Shown one piece after another: positions 1 through 8,999 of a stretch of 64,000 nt of DNA. Source of the stretch: an uncultured Alphaproteobacteria bacterium. GTDB lineage: Bacteria > Pseudomonadota > Alphaproteobacteria > RF32 > CAG-239. The translations under genes and the position numbers were made by a program. The stretch's first letter is position 1; every line of letters starts with the position of its first letter. The notes beneath the pieces are model-generated. The model made no database searches, had not been told where the DNA came from, and was given only the letters and a program-made list of their open reading frames with translations. The DNA is taken from the NCBI GenBank assembly GCA_944390895.1, contig CALXRQ010000004.1, forward strand, positions 8,069 through 72,068, read 5' to 3'.

Positions 1-5
1 ATCCG

Positions 6-356
6 ATGCCGAGAAGCAGCGGCTATAATCTGGAGATGCACGTTATTCGCGCCGATAAAGACGGAAAGTTTCACCGCAGCGAACAAATCCGCTATGATTT
101 TTATGACGACATGAACTTCAAAGAGCTTCAGGACGACGCAATCATTCTGTATTGCGACGACAACCCCAGACAGGATATCCGCCGCCGGCTGAAACCGCTG
201 CCTAAAGAACTGACAATGAATGCCGACGAACTGGAAAAAGCCCGCGCGAACGAGGCCAAAGCCGAAAAAATCAGAGAAGCGCGCCGTAAACACTATCAAC
301 AGACACTGGGCAGCACATTCGTTTCCTGGTCAAAAGCAGGACAAGAAATCTCATAA
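6..356 (+). CDS. hypothetical protein (may continue upstream of the window edge)
   Basis: 116-aa ORF with an open frame to position 3; acidic N-terminus and Lys/Ala/Glu-rich helical C-terminus; followed by a hairpin terminator. No family recognised. Confidence 0.4.
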   Translation: MPRSSGYNLEMHVIRADKDGKFHRSEQIRYDFYDDMNFKELQDDAIILYCDDNPRQDIRRRLKPLPKELTMNADELEKARANEAKAEKIREARRKHYQQTLGSTFVSWSKAGQEIS

Positions 357-386
357 AAAAGCTCCGCCTTGCAACGGAGCTTTTTC
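355..386. terminator. bidirectional intrinsic terminator
   Basis: GCTCCG/CGGAGC stem (361-366 / 375-380) flanked by an A-run and a T-run; lies between convergent ORFs. Confidence 0.6.
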
Positions 387-391
387 TCCGC

Positions 392-1090
392 TTATTTGCG
401 GACGTCAAAAATGTTAAAAGACGATTGGAGATACCTCAGCAAGTCCGTGTCTTCAAAAAACTTGTCACACTCGCCGTCAGGCGTATCATCGCCGTCAATC
501 TGACGATATTTTTGCAGATAATATTCCTTTACACCTTTGGCTTTGAGCTCATCGGCAATCGTATAAATGTCACTGATGCTCAAAATCCGAGGATCGCAAG
601 TGGTACGGCATTCAAAATGCAGACCGGAATCAATAATCATATTCAGGCTCTCCGTAACCTGACGGAAATGATTTACGCCGCCGACGGCTTTCTTATAATG
701 CTCTTCGTTCAACGGCGCCTTAATGTCAAACCCGATCCAATCGACCAACGGCAGCACTTTGGCCAGCGCCTCCGGCCGGTAACCGCCGGTGTGCAAACCG
801 ATCTTGTAGCCGAGCTCTTTAACCTCGCGAACATAATCGGCCAGTTCGTCCTGCACCAGAGGTTCTCCGCCGCTGAAAACGACGGCATCCAAAATTCCTT
901 TGCGCCCTTTCAGAAAGTCAACAAATTTTTCCCAGATAAAGTTCGTTTCCGCACCAATTTTCTGTAAAGAGGCATTATGGCAGAAAGGGCAGCGCCACGG
1001 ACAGCCCTGCATAAACACAACAGCGGCCATCTGATTTGGAAAATCGACGGTGCTGAATGTCTCAACACCGCCGATTTTAATGTGTTTCAT
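392..1090 (-). CDS. nrdG: anaerobic ribonucleoside-triphosphate reductase activating protein (radical SAM)
   Basis: N-terminal CPWRCPFCHN (CxxxCxxC) radical-SAM cluster motif; last gene of the nrdD operon. Confidence 0.85.
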   Translation of the reverse strand: MKHIKIGGVETFSTVDFPNQMAAVVFMQGCPWRCPFCHNASLQKIGAETNFIWEKFVDFLKGRKGILDAVVFSGGEPLVQDELADYVREVKELGYKIGLHTGGYRPEALAKVLPLVDWIGFDIKAPLNEEHYKKAVGGVNHFRQVTESLNMIIDSGLHFECRTTCDPRILSISDIYTIADELKAKGVKEYYLQKYRQIDGDDTPDGECDKFFEDTDLLRYLQSSFNIFDVRK

Positions 1091-1117
1091 CGTATTTGGC
1101 AGAATACTATATGAATC

Positions 1118-1330
1118 TTACTCAGCCGCAACAGCCATTGCTTCTTCGCGGCTTTCCATTCCGGCCAGAGCCTTGCTTTCAGAGAAGCATACTCTTGAAT
1201 AAAATTCAGATTTTTTACCTTTATTGAATTCTGATACCGGACGCAGGTAACCCATAACTCTGGTCCAAACTTCGCAAGGTTGTCTTTCTTCGTCACTCAG
1301 TTTAATATCTTCAAAATTAATTGTGGTCAT
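1118..1330 (-). CDS. stand-alone glycyl-radical domain protein of class III RNR (NrdD C-terminal piece)
   Basis: Contains RVMGYLRPV, the glycyl-radical signature. Same frame as nrdD, directly behind its TAA. GGAG lies 6 nt upstream of the ATG at 1330; the ORF-track start at 1363 is a TTG. Confidence 0.6.
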   Translation of the reverse strand: MTTINFEDIKLSDEERQPCEVWTRVMGYLRPVSEFNKGKKSEFYSRVCFSESKALAGMESREEAMAVAAE

Positions 1331-1363
1331 TTTTTTCTCCATATTTTTTCTAAATTTATTCAA

Positions 1364-3424
1364 TTAAGCAACTTCTTTACTAGAGGCTGCGGCTCTTCTT
1401 TTTTCTGCCTTTTTCTCCTCATCGCAGATTGGGCAGAATTTGTGCTCTCCGGAGATATAACCGTGTTTCGGACACACAGAGAAAGTCGGAGTTATGGTAA
1501 TGTATGGTAAACGGTAATTGGTCAAAACCTTTTTGACCAGTTCGCGGCAGACTTTGGCCGAGGACAGTTTCTGCCCCATGTAGAGGTGCAAAACCGTACC
1601 GCCGGTATACTTGGTCTGCAGACGGGACTGCAAATCCAAAGCTTCAAACGGATCATCCGTAAAACCTACCGGCAACTGCGAAGAGTTGGTGTAATACGGA
1701 TTTTCCTTGGTTCCGGCCTGAATGATGTTCGGAAAACGTTTTTTGTCTTCGCGGGCAAAACGGTAGGTGGCCGATTCAGCCGGAGTCGCTTCAAGATTAT
1801 ACATATGTCCGGTTTCTTCCTGGATTTTTACCAGTCTGTCACGGATGTAATCCAAAAACTTCTCGGCAAAATTCTGTCCCCACGGCGTTGAGATGTTTTC
1901 TTTGCCGTCGGTATAGTTCAAAATCATCTCGTTGATGCCGTTGACGCCGATGGTCGAAAAGTGATTGCGCAGCGTGCCGAGATAACGTTTGGTGTATGGA
2001 TACAAGCCGTTGTCGATTAAACGCTGGATGACCTTGCGTTTGATTTCCAATGAAGTGCGGGCAATGTTCATCAGTTCATCAACGCGGGCAAACAGACCGG
2101 CTTCGTTGTTTTTATAAACATAGCCGAGACGCGCGCAGTTAAAGGTAACGACACCGATGGACCCCGTCTGCTCGGCAGAACCGAACAAACCGTTGCCGCG
2201 AGCCAAAAGTTCGCGCAGGTCAAGCTGCAGGCGGCAGCACATAGAACGAATCTGTCCCGGTTTCAAGACCGAATTGATAAAGTTTTGGAAATAAGGCAAG
2301 CCGTATTTAGCTGTCATTTCAAACAGCAGTTCGGTATTTTCGTCTTCCCAGGGGAAATCCGGCGTCATATTATAAGTCGGAATCGGGAAGGTAAACGGAC
2401 GGCCTTTGATATCGCCTTTCATCATAACGTTGATGTAGGCTTTGTTAATCATATGCATTTCTTCTTTAAGGTCACCATAGGTGAAATCCTGTTCGACACC
2501 GGCAATAATCGGGTGTTTGTCACGCAGGTCGTCCGGGCAGACCCAGTCAAAGGTGAAGTTGGTAAACGGTGTCTGAGAACCCCAGCGCGAAGGAACGTTC
2601 AAATTGTAAATCAGTTCCTGAAAGGCCTGTTCGACCTGTTCATAGTTCAGCTTGTCCACGCGGACATACGGCGCCAAATAGGTGTCTACCGAGGAGAAAG
2701 CCTGCGCGCCCGCCCATTCGTTTTGCAGAGTGCCCATGAAGTTTACCATCTGTCCGACAGCGGCGGAAAGATGTTTGGCCGGACCGGCTTCGGCCTTGCC
2801 CGGAACGCCGTTAAAACCTTCGTGCAGCAGATTTTTCAGAGACCAGCCGGCACAGTAAGCGGCCAGCATGTCCAAATCGTGAATGTGAATATCACCGTTG
2901 CGGTGAGCCTCGCCGACAACCGCCGGATACACGTGGCTCAGCCAGTAGTTGGCCGTGACCTTGCCGGAAACGTTTAAGATAAGGCCGCCGTTGGAATAGC
3001 CCTGATTGGCATTGGCATTAACGCGCCAGTCCAATTTTTCCAGATATTCGTTGATGGAACTCTCGACATCAACCATCACCTTTTTATCAGAACGCATACG
3101 GTTGCGCTGGTCGCGGTATAAGATATAGGCTTTGGCGGTGGCAAAATAGTTTGCAGAAATCAGAACCTGCTCGACAATATCCTGAATCTGCTCAATGGAA
3201 GGCAGAGACTCTGCAAATTTGTGTTTCAATACCTTCAAGACCTGAGCAGTCAACAGCCAGCTCTCTTCTTCTCCAAACTCGCCGGTATTTTGTCCGGCTT
3301 TGTTAATAGCATTAAAAATTTTGGAGCTATCAAACGGGGCTAATGTACCATCTCTTTTGGTTACGTTTTCAATCGGGGCTTTTTCCATTTCGATTGGAGA
3401 TGTTTTGTATTCAGTCTCTGACAT
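1364..3424 (-). CDS. nrdD: anaerobic ribonucleoside-triphosphate reductase large piece (lacks the glycyl-radical motif)
   Basis: 686 aa. N-terminal ATP-cone-like region (VTKRDGTLAPFDSSKI), conserved NrdD core, and a C-terminal Zn-ribbon (CPKHG...CPIC) just before the stop. Confidence 0.85.
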   Translation of the reverse strand: MSETEYKTSPIEMEKAPIENVTKRDGTLAPFDSSKIFNAINKAGQNTGEFGEEESWLLTAQVLKVLKHKFAESLPSIEQIQDIVEQVLISANYFATAKAYILYRDQRNRMRSDKKVMVDVESSINEYLEKLDWRVNANANQGYSNGGLILNVSGKVTANYWLSHVYPAVVGEAHRNGDIHIHDLDMLAAYCAGWSLKNLLHEGFNGVPGKAEAGPAKHLSAAVGQMVNFMGTLQNEWAGAQAFSSVDTYLAPYVRVDKLNYEQVEQAFQELIYNLNVPSRWGSQTPFTNFTFDWVCPDDLRDKHPIIAGVEQDFTYGDLKEEMHMINKAYINVMMKGDIKGRPFTFPIPTYNMTPDFPWEDENTELLFEMTAKYGLPYFQNFINSVLKPGQIRSMCCRLQLDLRELLARGNGLFGSAEQTGSIGVVTFNCARLGYVYKNNEAGLFARVDELMNIARTSLEIKRKVIQRLIDNGLYPYTKRYLGTLRNHFSTIGVNGINEMILNYTDGKENISTPWGQNFAEKFLDYIRDRLVKIQEETGHMYNLEATPAESATYRFAREDKKRFPNIIQAGTKENPYYTNSSQLPVGFTDDPFEALDLQSRLQTKYTGGTVLHLYMGQKLSSAKVCRELVKKVLTNYRLPYITITPTFSVCPKHGYISGEHKFCPICDEEKKAEKRRAAASSKEVA

Positions 3425-3495
3425 TTCGCTTAAACGACCCTTCTTATTTAGTGTTATTCAGACAATTTGTTTGCTTATATCGTTTAGATATATTC

Positions 3496-3573
3496 ATACC
3501 ATATATAGTATTAACAAAATGTAAATATTCTATATGTGGTATATACACATCTTTTTATCACAATATATATCTT
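3496..3573. promoter_or_regulatory. three candidate NrdR boxes phased 31 bp apart upstream of nrdD
   Basis: ATACCATATATAGTAT (3496), ATTCTATATGTGGTAT (3527) and TCACAATATATATCTT (3558) match 13, 11 and 12 of 16 positions of the NrdR palindrome as I recall it (acaCwAtATaTwGtgt). Spacing is exactly 31 bp. Confidence 0.45.
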
Positions 3574-3867
3574 GGTAAATTTTAAGGATTTTGCTTACGC
3601 TGACCTCAAGACAATATTGCGTTATATGACCTCTCAGGACAAGCACTTTAAAGTTAATTTTAGGGGGGATTGTTCCTATCCTATTATATTTGTTAGATAA
3701 AAAAAATTTATGCTTGTTCATAACATTCTTAATAAAATTTATTATCGGCAAATAAGGCAAAAAATACGTCAAAATACGCAAAGATTAACGTTTCGGATTC
3801 CCCCAAAACAAGTGTAAAACAAAAACTATTTTTTGACGGATTCGAGCGGGAGAATCTGCAATGCCGA

Positions 3868-3896
3868 AATAAAAAACAGGCCCCGAACGGGGCCTG
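3868..3896 (-). terminator. intrinsic terminator of the TolC-like gene
   Basis: AGGCCCC/GGGGCCT stem (3878-3884 / 3889-3895) followed by a T-run on the minus strand. Confidence 0.7.
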
Positions 3897-3899
3897 GCT

Positions 3900-5792
3900 T
3901 CATTTTTTCGGTGCAGTCACCACTTCTTCGCCGATGACGCTTTCTTCAATGTATTCGTCCGTACACTGAGGTCCGATGCAACGTTTGAGCACCGTTGCCC
4001 TGCGGCCGTCGGTCAGCCCCATGACCCGCATAGAGGGAACGTAAACATCGACAATCTTAATTTTGAAAGTAAGATAAGCCACGTTGCCCTCTTCGTCGGA
4101 AACATATACCTTGACCTTATATTCGCCCAAATCCGAAGGCATGGCCACGCCGGTAAAGAGATGGTTGTTCTCATCATATTTCAACCACTTGGGCAGCGGC
4201 GAATCGTCATGCAGCCCGGCCTTGGTCGTCAACTTGCCGGTAAAGTCAACCTTATCGAAAACACTGTCGGGAATCTTGACGTTAATCTGCTGTCCGGTCT
4301 CCAGCGTGATATCCGGCAGCAGACTCGGCGACGACAGGTTTACCGGCGGGCGTTTGGCCGGAATGTTCAACAGATAAGGACGGTTATCGGGAATGAACTC
4401 GCCATGGCGCCACTTGTCGAGAATATTGCGCAGGTAAACCGCAATTTTGGACGGCTTTTCGTTCAGCATATAATAAGGAACGGCATCCAATCCCAGCGAA
4501 GCGTATAAATTGCCGAGCGAATCCTGAAGTTCGATATAGGCGGCATAAGCGCGAACCTCATCTTCAATTGCCTGTGCGGCTTCCAACTGGCTTTTTTCGG
4601 CCTTGCTGCCGGAGGCGATGGTCGTGTCCTCGGCAATATTTTCGGAAACATCGGCAATTTCCTGATTAATCCGATAATCTTCATAAGCGGACTGATAGCG
4701 CGCCCAGGCAACATAAACCTGGCTCATGACCAGATTGGTCATCCGCTCGCGGCGCAGAGCCTCAAGATCTTTTTCGTTCGGAGCTTTCAGGTCTTCAAAA
4801 ATATGAATGGCAATATCCTGTCCTTTTTTGGCCAGACGGCGGTTATAATAAGCCGGATTGTTCTTATATTTCTGCTCGTCGGGCAACTGATAGCTCTTCA
4901 GGTAAATTTTGAGTTCGTCAGGCGTGGTAACCAAATCGCGGATACGAAGCTCCGGACGGCTGGTAAGCGCAATCCACTCCATATCGGCCAAATCGGTCTT
5001 GATTTCCGGCAGAGCGAAATTGCCGTATTCGGGACCGACCAGCTTATATTCGGTCGAGGGATGCATACCCATTAAAGTTGCCAGACGCACTTCGGCGGTT
5101 TCAAACTCGCGCTTCAGGCTGGAAAGACGTTTAACCGCTTCCATATATTTTCTTTTTTTGACCATGTCGTCCATGGAAAGGCTTTGGCCGTTCTGCGCCA
5201 GTTCTTTTGAACGGGCGTTAATCTCGTCCACTTCCAGCGTCATATATTCAATCATTTCATTGACCGTCGGCAGCAGCTTTTGCGCCGTCAGCGTCTTCCA
5301 GTACAGCAGGCGCGTTTCCTGCAAAACGTTGTGAATGACCTTGCGGCTCTGTTCAAAGGCGATATTGCCGCGGTATTTTTCATCCATGGTCTGATAGTAA
5401 ACCGTGCTGACGTCCAGAATGTTCCAGGCCAGCTTTAAATCAGGGCTGACGTCCGCGGCTCCGGGATCATTGACATAACCGGCGGCGGCAAAAACTTCCG
5501 GCAGCTTGTTAACCGGGGACTTGCCGGCCTTGACCACGTTTTCCTCATAGGCGACGACACGCCGGGTATAGTTATATTTCAGGGCAAGAGCCATTGCCAT
5601 ATACATATCGATCGGCTTTTCGATTTTCCGGGGCGTGGCGGCATACATATTTTGCATATCCACATCGACGCGAATTGCCCGATCCCAATCGGTATAAGAT
5701 ACCGGCGCCGGCACCGACTCTTTTTGACGCACTTCGGTACAGGCAACCAGCATAATCATTCCGACCAATGACAGCAACAGCAACTTTTTCAT
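3900..5792 (-). CDS. outer-membrane efflux (TolC/NodT-like) lipoprotein with a C-terminal Ig-like (He_PIG/cadherin-like) domain
   Basis: Lipoprotein signal MKKLLLLSLVGMIMLVAC. Long coiled-coil OEP-like repeats. C-terminal LPKWLKYDENNHLFTGVAMPSDLGEYKVKVYVSDEEGN fits the putative-Ig-domain pattern. Confidence 0.6.
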   Translation of the reverse strand: MKKLLLLSLVGMIMLVACTEVRQKESVPAPVSYTDWDRAIRVDVDMQNMYAATPRKIEKPIDMYMAMALALKYNYTRRVVAYEENVVKAGKSPVNKLPEVFAAAGYVNDPGAADVSPDLKLAWNILDVSTVYYQTMDEKYRGNIAFEQSRKVIHNVLQETRLLYWKTLTAQKLLPTVNEMIEYMTLEVDEINARSKELAQNGQSLSMDDMVKKRKYMEAVKRLSSLKREFETAEVRLATLMGMHPSTEYKLVGPEYGNFALPEIKTDLADMEWIALTSRPELRIRDLVTTPDELKIYLKSYQLPDEQKYKNNPAYYNRRLAKKGQDIAIHIFEDLKAPNEKDLEALRRERMTNLVMSQVYVAWARYQSAYEDYRINQEIADVSENIAEDTTIASGSKAEKSQLEAAQAIEDEVRAYAAYIELQDSLGNLYASLGLDAVPYYMLNEKPSKIAVYLRNILDKWRHGEFIPDNRPYLLNIPAKRPPVNLSSPSLLPDITLETGQQINVKIPDSVFDKVDFTGKLTTKAGLHDDSPLPKWLKYDENNHLFTGVAMPSDLGEYKVKVYVSDEEGNVAYLTFKIKIVDVYVPSMRVMGLTDGRRATVLKRCIGPQCTDEYIEESVIGEEVVTAPKK

Positions 5793-5962
5793 AGTCTAAA
5801 ATCCTTTGTATACAAATCTATATTGGCTAAGTTATATCAAAAAAAACGACATTAACAGTATTTATTTGCTTTTATTCAACTTTCATATATAAAATATTAA
5901 AGGTTCGCCGGTAAAATGAAATACAACAAAGCGCAACAGACTTAAAATTTACGGTTCGGGTT

Positions 5963-6736
5963 ATGTTTGACATATTTAACACCATATTCAAATACCGCGA
6001 GAAAGAAAGCCCCGACAAGCTCGGGCTTTATCCGGAAAGCGTGCATGTCAACGCCATGCCGGAACGACGCTATCTGTGGACGTCCAGAATCCTGGTGGTT
6101 CTCTCCTGTCTCAGCATCAGTTTTAACATGATGCTGGCCAGCGTCATTTACGTTTTGTTGCCGCAGCGGACGGTTTATCCGCGAATTTTGCGCATTAACG
6201 ACTATTTCAGCCAGCTGGAACAGATTCAGCCGATGGAACGTTATGTTTCCGCCGCCGACCTGGTGGCCGAGCAGATGATTTACAAATATATCCAGCTGCG
6301 GCACGAAATTCCCAGAGACTATGACGAAATAACCAAACGCTGGGGGCACTACGAAACGCTTTACTGGATGTCTTCTCAGGAAGTGTATACCAAATTCGAA
6401 AACACCGAAGCCAAATACAATATTCAGCAATTTCAGATGAAAGGACTGCGGCGCGAAGTGGAAATCGAATGGGTAAAAATTCTGGCACCCGGATTATGGC
6501 AGGCTCAATTTTTGTTCCACGACTATGTCAACGGCAGCACCAAGCCCCATACAACCATCTGGCGTTCAATTATGAGAATCGGTTATCGGAAAATTCCTTT
6601 CCGCAACCGCAGCGATCTGGCTAAAAATCCTTTCGGCTTTTTAATGATCAACTATTCCCTCGGTTATCTCGGCACACCCGAAACCTCGGCTCACTATCTG
6701 GAAACGGCCAAAGAAGCCTCTCAAAAAATATTCTGA
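5963..6736 (+). CDS. VirB8-like type IV secretion component (orphan)
   Basis: Single N-terminal TM helix followed by a periplasmic domain of VirB8 length. The C-terminal NPFGFLMINYS resembles the VirB8 NPLGFxVxxY motif. Confidence 0.5.
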   Translation: MFDIFNTIFKYREKESPDKLGLYPESVHVNAMPERRYLWTSRILVVLSCLSISFNMMLASVIYVLLPQRTVYPRILRINDYFSQLEQIQPMERYVSAADLVAEQMIYKYIQLRHEIPRDYDEITKRWGHYETLYWMSSQEVYTKFENTEAKYNIQQFQMKGLRREVEIEWVKILAPGLWQAQFLFHDYVNGSTKPHTTIWRSIMRIGYRKIPFRNRSDLAKNPFGFLMINYSLGYLGTPETSAHYLETAKEASQKIF

Positions 6737-6737
6737 A

Positions 6738-6771
6738 AAAAGCCCCGGAAAATTCCGGGGCGTTCTTTTTT
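6738..6771. terminator. bidirectional intrinsic terminator
   Basis: GCCCCGGA/TCCGGGGC stem (6742-6761) with flanking A- and T-runs between convergent genes. Confidence 0.7.
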
Positions 6772-8554
6772 ATAATCCGAGTTTCTTATCCAGACGCTCC
6801 AACTCGTCAATATAGCCGGAAATAAGGCTCAGCCCCTTATTCCAAAACGCCGTGTCCGACGGATTCAATCCAAACGGAGCCAGCAGTTCATCATATTCGG
6901 TAATTGCCGTTTTGGAAAGCATATCCAGATACTGAGCCGGAAAGTTTTCCACCCGGTTTTCCTGCGAAACCTGATACAGAGAATTGACCAGACAATCGGC
7001 AAAAGAATAAGCGTAGACATAAAACGGCAGAAAGAAGAAATGTCCGACCTGAGACCAAATATAGGCCGAGTTTTCGTCCACGACGACCGCGGGGCCCAGA
7101 ACGTCTTTCTGAACTTCGACCCAAATCTCGGCCAGACGCTGCTCTGAAAGCTCGCCCTGTTTGCGTTCGTCATGCGCTTTGCTCTCGAAAAAGTGAAAAG
7201 CAATCTGGCGAAACGCGGTATTGATCATATCGTTCACCTTGGAAGCAATCAGACAAAGCCGGTCCTTGTCATCGTTCAGCGAGCGCAGCATCGACTGGAA
7301 GGTAATCATTTCGCCGAACACGGAAGCGACTTCTTCCGAGGTCATGCGCGAAGTCTCGTTCAAATCGCCGTTTTTCTGACGCAGACGCATATGGCAGCCG
7401 TGCCCAAGCTCGTGCGCAAGGGTCAGAACGTCATTCTGCTTGCCGACAAAGTTCAGAAACAGATACGGGTGTCTGGTTGAGGTGGTGCCGGCGGCAAAAG
7501 CGCCGCTGCGTTTTCCGTCCCGCGGCGGAACGTCAATCCAGTTGTTTTCAAAAAACGGCAGGGCTGTTTTATACAAGTCTTCGGAAAACTCCCTGTAAGC
7601 ATTCAGCACCAGCTTAACGGCCTCGTCCCAGTCATAGTGCACATCCGAAGAGAACGGCAGCGGAGCATTGCGATCCCAATACTGCATTTTATCGACGCCG
7701 AGCCATTTTGCTTTCAACTTATAAAAGCGGTGGCTGATATGCTGATAATTGCGTTTAACGGTTTCGGCCAGCGCATCGACGACCCCGTCTTTGACGTTTT
7801 CGTGCATATTTCGTTCGGAAACCGGGCGTTCATAGCCGCGTTTTTCGTCTTCTATGGCCTTATCTTTGATAATCATATTATAGATGAAAGAAAACAAGGG
7901 CGCATTTTCTTTGCCGACGCGGTTCAGCTCTTTGCCCGCCTTCTCGCGGATTTTTGGATCTTGATCCTGCAAAAGCTTAGAGATTTCGGCATCGTTATAT
8001 TCTTTTCCGTCAATGACATACTTCAAACGGGAAGAATGTTCTTCATACAAACGAACCCAGGCGGAAGACGAGGTTACGGACTTTTCCAGCAAAACTTCCT
8101 CGACCGCTTCGCTCAACTCGTGTTTTTTAAAGCGGCGGACACGTTCCAACCAGTGTTTATAAAAGGCTACCTTTTCGTTTTTAAGCCAGTTTTGCAACGT
8201 CGTTTCCGGCAGCTGGTTGATTTCCAGCGTGAAGAAAACCGTCGGTTTGGCATATTCGGTCAGTTTTTCGCTGATGTTCTGATAAAAGGCCATTGCCTCG
8301 CCGTTTTTCATTTGGGTACACATATTTAAATAGGCAAATTCGCCCAGAATATCACCGACAACCGATATCTCTTCATATGTTTTCAACGCGGCGGCAAAAT
8401 CTTCCGCATTCAGAGAGGCCAGTTTTCCCTTATAGTCGCGGGCAAAGCTTTCTGCCATATTCTTACAGCGGCTGAGATCGGCTTCAATCTTCGGATCGTT
8501 TATACCTTTGTACAAATCTGACAAGTCCCAGGCGGGAAGATTATTTTCCGTCAT
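6770..8554 (-). CDS. pepF: oligoendopeptidase F (M3B family)
   Basis: 594 aa; zinc motif HELGHGCH; typical PepF length and layout. Confidence 0.8.
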   Translation of the reverse strand: MTENNLPAWDLSDLYKGINDPKIEADLSRCKNMAESFARDYKGKLASLNAEDFAAALKTYEEISVVGDILGEFAYLNMCTQMKNGEAMAFYQNISEKLTEYAKPTVFFTLEINQLPETTLQNWLKNEKVAFYKHWLERVRRFKKHELSEAVEEVLLEKSVTSSSAWVRLYEEHSSRLKYVIDGKEYNDAEISKLLQDQDPKIREKAGKELNRVGKENAPLFSFIYNMIIKDKAIEDEKRGYERPVSERNMHENVKDGVVDALAETVKRNYQHISHRFYKLKAKWLGVDKMQYWDRNAPLPFSSDVHYDWDEAVKLVLNAYREFSEDLYKTALPFFENNWIDVPPRDGKRSGAFAAGTTSTRHPYLFLNFVGKQNDVLTLAHELGHGCHMRLRQKNGDLNETSRMTSEEVASVFGEMITFQSMLRSLNDDKDRLCLIASKVNDMINTAFRQIAFHFFESKAHDERKQGELSEQRLAEIWVEVQKDVLGPAVVVDENSAYIWSQVGHFFFLPFYVYAYSFADCLVNSLYQVSQENRVENFPAQYLDMLSKTAITEYDELLAPFGLNPSDTAFWNKGLSLISGYIDELERLDKKLGL

Positions 8555-8999
8555 TTTTACTTTCCTCTTTCTTCAGTTTTTCATCAAGCTCACGGCTTAA
8601 ATTGTTTAACTTGTGCAAATCAAATTCCATATCCGGATTATTGTCGTAGAATTCCTGAAGAATTTCGTCATCGGGATATTCATCAACCTGCAATTCCGGT
8701 TCAAAAATATAATTGGCCCACGGCGTTTTCTGTTTTCCGTCAAACCAGAGGCTGACACCGCGCCCGATGACTTTGGCGTCGCACCAGCTGTTTTGCAGGA
8801 TATGACCGAACAAGCACGTGTAATATCCGTCTTTCGGGCAGGACAAAATTCCTTCGGCCATGGCTTCCGTGCAGGGGATAAAGCCCCGTTTCCGAATATC
8901 CTGGCGCGGAGAAAGCAGCACCAGCACAAACAGAAAAAAACCGCACGCCAAAATCAGCGAGCTCAGAAAACCAAACCAATATTGTCTGACAAAGGCCAT
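8541..8999 (-). CDS. hypothetical membrane-anchored protein
   Basis: 152 aa with an N-terminal TM helix. Its start overlaps the upstream stop (TAATG) and its stop overlaps the pepF start by 14 nt. Confidence 0.5.
   Translation of the reverse strand: MAFVRQYWFGFLSSLILACGFFLFVLVLLSPRQDIRKRGFIPCTEAMAEGILSCPKDGYYTCLFGHILQNSWCDAKVIGRGVSLWFDGKQKTPWANYIFEPELQVDEYPDDEILQEFYDNNPDMEFDLHKLNNLSRELDEKLKKEESKNDGK

Noticed and set aside
1364-1366. Reading the in-frame TAA in nrdD as evidence for a reassigned stop codon genome-wide
   Set aside because: TAA terminates many well-delimited conserved genes in this window at the expected protein lengths (for example sufB and sufE), so a global reassignment is not supported. 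The local explanations are kept under findings.
3530-3781. 83-aa ORF in the AT-rich nrdD upstream region
   Set aside because: Extremely AT-rich, no RBS, and it overlaps the putative NrdR boxes and promoter region. More likely non-coding leader or promoter DNA.
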